From a virus: a stretch of 64,000 nt of DNA. The translations under genes and the position numbers were made by a program. The notes below the pieces were generated by a model that saw nothing but the letters and a program-made list of their open reading frames with translations, did not search any database and was not told the DNA's origin. Position 1 is the stretch's first letter; each line of letters begins with the position of its first letter. The stretch is taken from IMG/VR virus record IMGVR_UViG_3300024978_000004, positions 15,941 through 79,940 of that record. One strand, given 5' to 3'. Below, one piece after another: positions 55,593-64,000 of the stretch.

Positions 55593-56105
55593 TTACTGTC
55601 TGACGCTATGACTTTGGTGAAGTGTCCAATTATTAAAGTACATATTGTAACCTTCTGTGGAGGGACAAATCAGAGCATTCTCACCATTCCTATGTTCTGC
55701 GCTGTAAGTAAAATTGAAAGAACCCGTTTCGAATATATCACCATCAACTAAAACAACTTTGTTGTGTGCAATCGCATGTTTCGAATCCACCCAAACCGGA
55801 ATACCTGCGGCCATTACAGTCTGCATTTGTCCTCCACGTGCTGTGGGTTGGGAACGGTCCAATACAATATTAACATCAACACCACGTTGTTTCGCTGCAA
55901 TTAGAGCATTTGCAATAGGTTTAGATGTAAAGGAATATGCTAAAACATGGATTTTTGTGTGTGCACCATCGATTAATTTAACAATAGCCTTTTCTGCGCC
56001 GCCATCAGGAGAAAAATGTACTTCACACGGTCCATTAACTTGAAAATTTGCTGCATTTACAACTGAAGAAACTAAGAATGTTACTAAAAACAATACTTTA
56101 TTCAT
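55593..56105 (-). CDS. Phospholipase D-family nuclease (Nuc-like), exported
   Basis: Signal peptide; single HKD motif HNKVVLVD...GSFNFT..A..RN.EN. Confidence 0.88.
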   Translation of the reverse strand: MNKVLFLVTFLVSSVVNAANFQVNGPCEVHFSPDGGAEKAIVKLIDGAHTKIHVLAYSFTSKPIANALIAAKQRGVDVNIVLDRSQPTARGGQMQTVMAAGIPVWVDSKHAIAHNKVVLVDGDIFETGSFNFTYSAEHRNGENALICPSTEGYNMYFNNWTLHQSHSVRQ

Positions 56106-56311
56106 TGCTTATTACCTTTTGTTAAAATATCAACAGCCAACTTGTCTAAATCGGACCGCGAATTAATTTGTTCAATTTTAAAATTATACTGCTGTGTGTC
56201 TTCTTGAGACAACGATAGGACGAATTCTTTTAGAATTCTCTTTTTGGCACGAATAGACGTTTGTTGAAACACCAAATTTAACGATTTGTTGTTATGCAAG
56301 TGAACATTCAT
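56102..56311 (-). CDS. Hypothetical protein
   Basis: 69 aa. Confidence 0.5.
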   Translation of the reverse strand: MNVHLHNNKSLNLVFQQTSIRAKKRILKEFVLSLSQEDTQQYNFKIEQINSRSDLDKLAVDILTKGNKQ

Positions 56312-56380
56312 TTTTGTATCCTTTTATGTTATATAACAGTTCTATTTATGTTAACATAAATAGTTTCAAAGGAAAAAATT

Positions 56381-56596
56381 ATGAAAGTGTGCGAACTTCA
56401 CCTTATTGAGAGCGATAATAATTTTGATGCCCAGAATTCGCTGGACCATCAAGCAGCTCCTATAAAAATTTCATCCATGTATGATAAACACGATTTTGGT
56501 AAAAATGTCAAGACATCTACTGTTAAAGTTCTTGTAAAAAATACAAAGACGGGAAAAGTTTACGGAGCTAGAACTATTGTTCAACGAGATATTTAA
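56381..56596 (+). CDS. Small late protein with MKVxELxLIE N-terminus
   Basis: Late promoter CATAAATA at 56355-56362; RBS AAGGA. Confidence 0.6.
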   Translation: MKVCELHLIESDNNFDAQNSLDHQAAPIKISSMYDKHDFGKNVKTSTVKVLVKNTKTGKVYGARTIVQRDI

Positions 56597-57841
56597 TTCT
56601 GTAGTTTGCGTAGGATTAAACTAATGTCGTGCCACCAATCTGCTTCAATCTGAAACTCTATTGAGACACCATTTTCATAAGCAGTACCACCCGGATCGCC
56701 CCAGTTCTCGTCAAGTTCGTTGCAAAAATTTTGATAACTTTCTTCAATCACCATACAAAAGTTGATTAGCCCATTGATTAATTCGCGATCAGGTTCTTTT
56801 CGATTTGCTTCATCAATAGCGGTTTGTGCCAATTTCTGTATTTGTTTTAACTCGTTAATCATTTTATTATATCCTATAATACGTTTGCATCCTAATACAA
56901 CGTAACGCGTTCAAATATTTGAGATATTTTGCGTCATTTCTGTGCACAATTCTATAACGCTTCCACAAAATAACCCCGCCAATGGCTGTTAGTTGTTTTT
57001 CGGTCACTGCACCACCAACCATTCCTTTATTTGGTTAACAACATGAACCAATTCATCTTTAGCTTCTGCTTCATTCCTACCAAGACCTTCGATATAAATG
57101 TTAGCATATCCCATATTTGTAGACACCCCAAATGTAGCGGTTGCTCGCACACTTTGATATTTGTCCTTTTTATCATCTTCGTATGTAATGTTCATTATTC
57201 AATCCGATATGGGTCAGATGCAACCATATACCAATCAGGAGCGGCAGCTTCTGTGTTACTAGCATTGAACTCCTCTTGGAATTTATAAGCTTCATCCGCA
57301 CTATTAAAAATCTTAGTTTCGTCGCGCCGACTTCCCCAACCACGCTCATATTCCATGATATCTACAGCAAATCTCATTTTGTGCTCCTTTTTGGGTAATT
57401 ACAAATTGTGTTCGTTTGTGTCAATTTCAACATCATACTCACGCAACAACTTCAATTTACATCCAACAACAACTTCAATTTCTTCTATACTGAAAAAGAT
57501 ATTATTTTCATCCATCGGAAGCTTTGCAATATGTAACCAACCAGTATCCTCCTCCCAAATATATAAACCACGTTTAGGATCATCAATCCGACAGTAAACA
57601 TATGCTTTAACAAAATTCACGATAACAACCACCGCAAAATATACAAAACACCCCATGTTACCAACAAATAACCCGAAATGTTATACAATCGCGTCATCAA
57701 AGGCGAAAAAATGCGGGGATCGTTTTCAAAACGAGCATGAATTATAGCTACCATACCTACGAGGCAAGGTACCGCTAAAACCGTTACCACTAGGTGTGTT
57801 ACCGATTCCAGTAGATTTATAATTAAAGTTACGAAGTGCAT
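56593..57841 (-). CDS. Run of small hypothetical proteins (56593-56862, 57004-57195, 57195-57377, 57399-57656, 57617-57841)
   Basis: Short, tightly packed co-oriented ORFs with no recognisable motifs. Confidence 0.5.
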
Positions 57842-57850
57842 TTTTAACTT

Positions 57851-58651
57851 TCAGAGTGGATATGCGGCGTAATTATACAACGTCACAATAATTTTTTCAA
57901 CATCATGATCATAAAATCCACTCGAGTTAATTGTATTAAATTCAATTACCTTCACTTCACCATTAACAAGAGCTAAATCCATCACACAACATGGAGACGG
58001 AAGCCATTTGTTAGCAAATTCTTGAGCTTGTTTGATAACACTTGGGTTGGTCTCGTGTTCCTTTTTCAACTGGCCCATCATCCGATACATGCTACCATCA
58101 ACGATTTTACCTCCCACAATAAACCAGCGCCATTCAGCTGAAATATTTTGTGGTTCCGCAACTACTATTTGAGTATCGGGTGCAAGTTGATATGTACCCG
58201 ATGATGCGCATTCCATAGCATCTGTAAGCCAATCAGCAGCCTCACCAGCCTCAATAACTTGACCAGAAAACGTTTTCAGATCTTCAGTGGGGCGTATAAA
58301 CCACAAAGATTTCGGACTAACATTCCTGAAATTGTCAACAGCATCCTTTACTGAAAGTATCATACCTCTACCATTAAGCATATCATCACGATTGTCGTTC
58401 CACACATCAGCTCTGAATGTGTTGGGGTCAAAGTATTGACCTAACCAACCACGTTCATACGTTTCCATCGTGAACGTGGTTGAACCATACGGCAAATAAT
58501 CAACACCCGTTAGGGGGTGATCGGAAACAATTTCTCGTGTAAATGGAATAATGCTCACATATTCATGTGGAATTCCATTTTTCAACACCGCTTGATTTAT
58601 AGCTTCCAACGAGTTTTCATTTAAAAGATTCTGTTGAACAATAAGTTTCAT
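57851..58651 (-). CDS. ATP-grasp domain protein (R2K-like)
   Basis: WFIRPTEDLKTFSG, EWRWFIVGGKIV.GS.Y, VMDLA...KVIEFNTINSSGFY. Confidence 0.8.
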   Translation of the reverse strand: MKLIVQQNLLNENSLEAINQAVLKNGIPHEYVSIIPFTREIVSDHPLTGVDYLPYGSTTFTMETYERGWLGQYFDPNTFRADVWNDNRDDMLNGRGMILSVKDAVDNFRNVSPKSLWFIRPTEDLKTFSGQVIEAGEAADWLTDAMECASSGTYQLAPDTQIVVAEPQNISAEWRWFIVGGKIVDGSMYRMMGQLKKEHETNPSVIKQAQEFANKWLPSPCCVMDLALVNGEVKVIEFNTINSSGFYDHDVEKIIVTLYNYAAYPL

Positions 58652-58652
58652 A

Positions 58653-60020
58653 TCAAGTTCCTATCTTTGTTAGGTACTCCAAAAATGTCCGGACCGCAAA
58701 TCCAGTACCACCAGGACCATTAACTCCAAATCCTTTCTCAACAAACGCAGGACCAGCAATATCCAAATGTAGATACTTTTGTTTATTTTTCTTTTTGAGA
58801 GCATTAGTCAAGAACAAACCTGCTTTTTGACATCCCATATTAGAAGTTCCTGTGTTCGATAGGTCAGCGATAGAATCATCAACACCATCCATCATGTATT
58901 TGTGAAAGGCGGCATCCATGAATACTTCACCCGCCTTATCACCAAACTTTTTAATTACCTTTTTCATATTATCATTGAAACCCACCATACCACACGCTTC
59001 GTCACCAAATTGATATACGGCTGCGCCAGTTAATGTAGCTAAAGTGTAATATTCATCGGCGTGCGCATCAAGTTCTTGAGCAAGACAGATGTTATCAAAC
59101 AAAACGATACGACCTTCAGCATCGGTGTTCTTTACATGAACGGTCTTTCCATTTTTCATGGTGATGATGTCATCGGGTTTATAAGCAGAACCATCAATCA
59201 TGTTTTCTGCAATACACATATAAGCCGTGACTTTTACATCAAGTCCCAGTTCTTCAACAGCTTTAACAATTCCCCAAACGGTCATAGCACCAGCTTTGTC
59301 AGCTTTCATTGTGGTCATGCTTGTACCGGGTTTAATTGAAAGTCCACCGCTGTCATAAGTCAGCCCCTTCCCAATCAAAACAATGTGTTTATTAGCCGTT
59401 GGCGGGTTGTATGTTAAACGAATTGTTTTTGCTTCATGACGAGATGCCCGGTTAACAGCAAGGTGACCATTCATTTCCATATTTGCGAGTTCGTTCTGAC
59501 CGAAAACTTCCACTTCAACATCTGTGAATTCAAAACTTTCACGGACAGCTTCTTCAATGGTTTCAGAATGTGCATCTTCAGGTGAAGTATTAACCCAATC
59601 ACGCACCATTTTTTGTGCTTCGGTATAAACTTTTGCTGTAACAAGACATTCTGCCACTTCAGCTGACCCACTAATAACAATCTTTTTGAGGGTAATAGGT
59701 TTAACTTCAGACTTATATTTGTCAAATACATAATCACCCAGCAACATCCCCTCAAGGAATTGTCTACATTTATCAGGTAAAGTCATGACAACACTACCAG
59801 CTTTCTGTTCACGTAAATAACGAATTAGCACAAATCCAAGCGTTCTCCACCCATCCGCGTCTTTGACGCCTTTTGTCCCAACATAAACAGTTTTGTTATT
59901 CATATAAATTTGACTATCCTTCCCCTCAAATTTTGAATAAGGCGCATCTTTAAGGGGACTACCTGTAAACACAACAGTAAGTTTGGTTTTGCTTGGGTAA
60001 TTTTCGTATAAAATTCTCAT
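58653..60020 (-). CDS. pepA: Leucyl aminopeptidase (M17)
   Basis: GKGLTYDSGGLSIK, MKADKAG, NTDAEGR.VL, ATLTGA, HLDIAG. Confidence 0.9.
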   Translation of the reverse strand: MRILYENYPSKTKLTVVFTGSPLKDAPYSKFEGKDSQIYMNNKTVYVGTKGVKDADGWRTLGFVLIRYLREQKAGSVVMTLPDKCRQFLEGMLLGDYVFDKYKSEVKPITLKKIVISGSAEVAECLVTAKVYTEAQKMVRDWVNTSPEDAHSETIEEAVRESFEFTDVEVEVFGQNELANMEMNGHLAVNRASRHEAKTIRLTYNPPTANKHIVLIGKGLTYDSGGLSIKPGTSMTTMKADKAGAMTVWGIVKAVEELGLDVKVTAYMCIAENMIDGSAYKPDDIITMKNGKTVHVKNTDAEGRIVLFDNICLAQELDAHADEYYTLATLTGAAVYQFGDEACGMVGFNDNMKKVIKKFGDKAGEVFMDAAFHKYMMDGVDDSIADLSNTGTSNMGCQKAGLFLTNALKKKNKQKYLHLDIAGPAFVEKGFGVNGPGGTGFAVRTFLEYLTKIGT

Positions 60021-60034
60021 GGTTATCCTTTATT

Positions 60035-61840
60035 TTAAATAGTATGTAAGGTGCGTAGTTTTGCCTTGTTGCAGTGAACGCAGCGTTTTTCTTGATAAAG
60101 ATAATATCCAACAACTATACTATCTTGAAGTAATGAACCGTGACGTATATCTTTCCACCCACTCCAAGAGTGAATTCCTAACCAACAGAAACTGAATGTA
60201 ATACCACTATTTTCGCTCTCGTTTGTATTGAGTTGAAAATCTTCAGACATTATCGTGCTCCAACTACTGCTTCAAACTCTTTAACCAAACTGTTGTGATT
60301 TTCTATTGTAGTAACAACCCACCACTCTCTTGATGGAGATGTGTGGTCATCATTATCAAAACGATATCCAACAACAGTGCATTCATCACGTCGTTCGATG
60401 CTAAAAACATTCATTGCTCGCATATCCATTTTAACTAATGCTGCTTCAGTTTGTTTTTTGAACCGTTCTGTAAGTTTATCACACTCTTCACGTGCCACTT
60501 TCAACAACATCTCCAGCTCATCCACTCGGAACGACAATTGACGATTCGTTTGCACCGTTTCCTCGTATTGTTTTTTATTAATCCACATACACTTCTCCTT
60601 ATACTAATTTGTAAGCACCATCAACCTTATAATGAACTTCATATATCAAATCTTCTTCTGTCCGCTTCTTGTTTAAATCATCACACATCGATACAAGAGT
60701 CAATCTATCCTCAGATATTGCAATTGGTGAGCGATGTTCAGCATCAAAATCACCATAATGTACTTTCACTAAAATGTAAGCCTTGCGTGCCATGTTAATT
60801 CTCCCACGTTAAAATATTCACTCGTGCCAATATTTCCACAAATACTGCCAACGATACATCTTTTTAGTTTTCGGATAACGGTTTGAGTAGATATGATATC
60901 GACGACGTTCAGTATCCCACCCATAACCCCCCAACCACTTTCGTGGTTCAAAAATTAATGTTGCACCTTGATCATCTGCATCTTTACCGAATCCATACAC
61001 AACACCCCACGAGGGATCCACAAAACGATACATATATCGAGGTCCACGGAGGTGTTTTTTAGCCCAGGTTGCATCACGAGGTCCATGCGGGCGTTTTAAT
61101 AAATGTCTTTTTGCTTTTTGTTTAAGCGTACTACCACCATGATGTATTTTCATAATGAACTCAACTTCATATCTATTCTATGTGCTCTATTTCTATTAAT
61201 AACAAGTTTCATATATCCCTTTGGATACGTAGCGATATTCAACTCAAGTTTTTTACTAAACTCGTCACGTTTGAGAATGACAACAAACCAAAACCAATCC
61301 ACAAAACCAACCGCTCTTATTTCTCTCCACCATTTCATCTTATGATGTCCTTTTGCAAGGGCAGTCGTTTCGGTAACACTCATGGCCAAGAGGATATATG
61401 TGGCACGTGCCGCACGCAAATTGATTAGTTTCGTTTTCTGTAGTCCTCTTGTTGATAAGAGAATAATCTTCCGGACCTCGACAAGCAATGCATGTCTTGT
61501 TGGTTGGTGAATTAGGGCACTTGCAAATTGGACATATCCACCCATAATATTCTTGTGTCATAACTTAATCTCTCAATTAAATGTAATAATAACCATCAAT
61601 GATGTCATCAGCATTGGCTTTTCTGCGGTACTCAACCTTATCCTCATTTGAGGGATGAACAACTCCACTAAAGTCGTACCATTCATCACCCAATTTGGCT
61701 TCCTCACGAACACTTTGGATATATCGAACTTCCCACAACCTAACAGCAAGGTCAATTCCGAAATCACTAACATCAGCGGCATATTGTAAACTTTGTTCTT
61801 CGGTCATAATAAACTGACTCCTCCAACATTTATATGTCAT
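60035..61840 (-). CDS. Run of small hypothetical proteins (60035-60250, 60250-60588, 60599-60793, 60818-61153, 61150-61338, Zn-finger 61340-61561, 61577-61840)
   Basis: Tightly packed co-oriented ORFs; 61340-61561 carries CPIC, CIAC and CGTC motifs. Confidence 0.55.
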
Positions 61841-61873
61841 TTAAGTATACGGTATTATACAATGAAGGTAAAC

Positions 61874-61908
61874 AAAAAGAGAGGGACATTGAATGTCCCT
61901 CTCTTTTT
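61874..61908 (-). terminator. Rho-independent terminator
   Basis: 16-bp stem AAAAAGAGAGGGACAT/ATGTCCCTCTCTTTTT. Confidence 0.9.
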
Positions 61909-61923
61909 CACAATTCCTGAATA

Positions 61924-62064
61924 TTATCGAGTTGTTGAATATGCAGGTGTAGTATCAGTTATATTTCCTGTAATAACATAAACAGTTTGTGAATAAGGAG
62001 GTGTAGCATCTGCCTTATTCATTGTTAGTGTATATACAGTTTGTGAATAAGCAGGTGTATTATC
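61924..62064 (-). repeat. 54-nt coding tandem repeat (about 2.6 copies)
   Basis: Units start at 62064, 62010 and 61956 (GAT..TACACCT.C.TATTCA). Confidence 0.75.
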
Positions 62065-62127
62065 ACTTATTGTGCCAGTTACCGCATCATGTAACGATGG
62101 ATTGTAAGGTTGTGTGCATATTAACAT
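61924..62127 (-). CDS. Small repeat protein
   Basis: 67 aa; three 18-aa units D.TP.YS(Q/T)T. Confidence 0.6.
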   Translation of the reverse strand: MLICTQPYNPSLHDAVTGTISDNTPAYSQTVYTLTMNKADATPPYSQTVYVITGNITDTTPAYSTTR

Positions 62128-62129
62128 GA

Positions 62130-62618
62130 TTAGAATGTAGAGAAGTAATCCATCGAGATCAAGAAGTTTGATATCTTGAATGGCGATCCAGAAACCACAT
62201 CAACTACCCCAAGTTCAATATCACCACCCAACCCTGTTCCTGTTATTGTGCCAATAAGTTGAGACTGCACTGCAAAACTCAACGAACTAGAATCTTTTGC
62301 TCCACTATATAACCAAAACCAACTTGCTGTTCCTGATTGTGTGGCGCTTGAATATGCACCAGCGGTATCAATTTTAATATTGTTGTTTTGATATACCACA
62401 GATGCTGTTGAAGATAATGGAATGGTTACTAAAACATCAGTGCTTCTGCTAGTTGATGCTGTTAGTGTAGAAAAATCAGTAGGGATGGTTCCCTTCATGA
62501 TTTTTAAAGTACCCGAACCGTAAGTACCAGCAAGGTTCCCGTATGTAGATGATAGCCCAACAATGAGCGAGTTTGCTAGTCTATAAGTTGTAATCGAAGA
62601 TAAAATAATTGATGGCAT
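62130..62618 (-). CDS. Probable virion structural protein
   Basis: GTLKIM.GTIP...A..SGTASWF; paralogue of the next gene. Confidence 0.65.
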   Translation of the reverse strand: MPSIILSSITTYRLANSLIVGLSSTYGNLAGTYGSGTLKIMKGTIPTDFSTLTASTSRSTDVLVTIPLSSTASVVYQNNNIKIDTAGAYSSATQSGTASWFWLYSGAKDSSSLSFAVQSQLIGTITGTGLGGDIELGVVDVVSGSPFKISNFLISMDYFSTF

Positions 62619-62629
62619 GACTATTCTCT

Positions 62630-63085
62630 TTAGAATGTAATATTAAAGTTAACAGGAATAACCGACAAACCTGTTGTGATGTTAAGTGTGTTCAACTGGA
62701 GCAAACCATTACTATTAGTCAATGAGGGCACACCAATTATATACTCCGATGTTGTTCCTGTCGTAAACGATGTTGGACCATAACACATTACTACCCATGT
62801 TGCTGTTCCGGTTCCGGTAGCATTGGTTGCAGATGGAGGAGTATTACCAAAAGACACAGTATTATTTGAGCGAGACAAATTAAAACTTGTCCACCCAACT
62901 AACAACTGGCTTGCGTATGCAGATAAATCAAAGGCTGTGTTCCACACAGTAGAACTAGGCATTGTTCCCGAATACACCATTAACCTCACGCTCGTTGATG
63001 CAGATACATAGTTAGTAATTAAACCAACCGCTTTTAAATCTTTCCAGATTATATTTGTTTGAATAGCCATTATAAATTCCCTCAA
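62630..63085 (-). CDS. Probable virion structural protein
   Basis: RLMVYSGTMP...ATGTGTATW; late promoter TATAAATA at 63105-63098. Confidence 0.65.
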   Translation of the reverse strand: MREFIMAIQTNIIWKDLKAVGLITNYVSASTSVRLMVYSGTMPSSTVWNTAFDLSAYASQLLVGWTSFNLSRSNNTVSFGNTPPSATNATGTGTATWVVMCYGPTSFTTGTTSEYIIGVPSLTNSNGLLQLNTLNITTGLSVIPVNFNITF

Positions 63086-63123
63086 ATGTTATATAGATAT
63101 TTATAAAAATAAACGGTTTGTTT

Positions 63124-64000
63124 TTATAATGACCCTATTTGGGCACTTGGTGATCCACCTCTTGCTGTGCTCAATGATGTTGATAACGTCGAGGATGTTT
63201 CATTGCTAAACAACAATGCATCAACCGATGCGACGTATGATGATGTTGCATAACCACCAGCAATATATCCCGACAATGTGCTATTAACTGCACTACCGTA
63301 GGTCCGAATGGTAGATAATGTTGCGGAGATTGCTGCAAGCGTTTCTGTGTTGAACGTTAATGCGTTAATTTGAGTATATTTTGTTCCACCTGAATAACCA
63401 CCCGCACTATAACCTTTTGTGGAGCTATTAAAACCTGCTTGTTGAGATTGGTTCGATGGTAATGTTGCGGCCAATGTAGCAGTGGTTTCTCCCGCAAACG
63501 TTAAAGCAGTAATTACTGAAAATTGGAATCCTGCTGCATTCTCACCACCAAGCACGTACCCTTTTAATGAACTTTGGGCCCCCGCTGAGTACAGGCGAGC
63601 TGTTGCAACAGATGCTGCAATCCCGCGATCTGTGTCATTCGAAAAATTGATTCCGTCGATGCTACTCAAGTTACTTGTTGAATAACCACTAGCAAAATAT
63701 CCATACAATGAGCTATTCAATCCAGCACCATCTCTTCTGAATGTTGACAAAACAGCTGAAAGAACCGAATCTGTTTGTGTGTTAAAAACAAATTTATCAA
63801 TTTGTTGGAGTGAGGCAGAGGATGTTCCAACCCGACCACCAGCAAAATATCCCGCCGATGCACTATTAACTCCCATTGCACCCAATGTTGCGGTAACTGA
63901 TGCAGCAGTAATAGAAACAGTATCATTGGAGAAGTCTAACTGGTCTATTGTTCCTGTTGATGTGATTCCTGTCCAACCCGATGCAAAAAAACCTGCACTT
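63124..64000 (-). CDS. Beta-propeller (Kelch-like) repeat virion protein, truncated by the right window edge
   Basis: Repeats S...GY.AGG.......I..L.F..ET; the frame stays open from 63885 to base 64000. Confidence 0.75.
   Translation of the reverse strand, partial: SAGFFASGWTGITSTGTIDQLDFSNDTVSITAASVTATLGAMGVNSASAGYFAGGRVGTSSASLQQIDKFVFNTQTDSVLSAVLSTFRRDGAGLNSSLYGYFASGYSTSNLSSIDGINFSNDTDRGIAASVATARLYSAGAQSSLKGYVLGGENAAGFQFSVITALTFAGETTATLAATLPSNQSQQAGFNSSTKGYSAGGYSGGTKYTQINALTFNTETLAAISATLSTIRTYGSAVNSTLSGYIAGGYATSSYVASVDALLFSNETSSTLSTSLSTARGGSPSAQIGSL

Noticed and set aside
61924-62064. CRISPR-like array
   Set aside because: Units are in-frame coding repeats of 54 nt with no repeat-spacer alternation. 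I saw no cas genes or arrays anywhere in the window.
1-64000. Genome-wide TAG reassignment (code 15)
   Set aside because: Conserved enzymes translate full length in the standard code, and TAG ends guaC at a plausible C-terminus.

Overview
This 64 kb window comes from a large T4-like (jumbo-type) tailed phage of a Gram-negative host. Evidence: dense, mostly minus-strand genes, host sigma70 promoters (TTGACT-N16/17-TAYAAT), T4-type late promoters (YATAAATA), cUUCGg terminators, spanins and a GH108 endolysin. Contents: (1) a PrkA/YeaG kinase that runs off the left edge and is missing from the ORF track; (2) many late proteins sharing an MK(L/I)x(E/D)(L/I)xxE-type N-terminus, probably capsid-packaged cargo; (3) tRNA/translation-rescue genes (RNA ligase 1, two PTH2-like proteins, a tRNA with a CUA anticodon); (4) an NAD/ADP-ribose toolkit (Nampt, NadM-Nudix, NAD kinase, macrodomain, NADAR, NDT-like, SLOG, Nudix, AAA_28); (5) tail/virion proteins, cell-envelope enzymes and three free-standing homing endonucleases. 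The two strongest non-coding discoveries are a near-canonical c-di-GMP-I riboswitch (32399-32486, minus) leading two exported-protein genes, and four stem-loops with unrelated stems but an invariant GATAGAC loop, each just upstream of an RBS-containing hairpin, including those of both NAD-rebuilding genes. All family assignments come from motif recognition by eye; no database searches were run.
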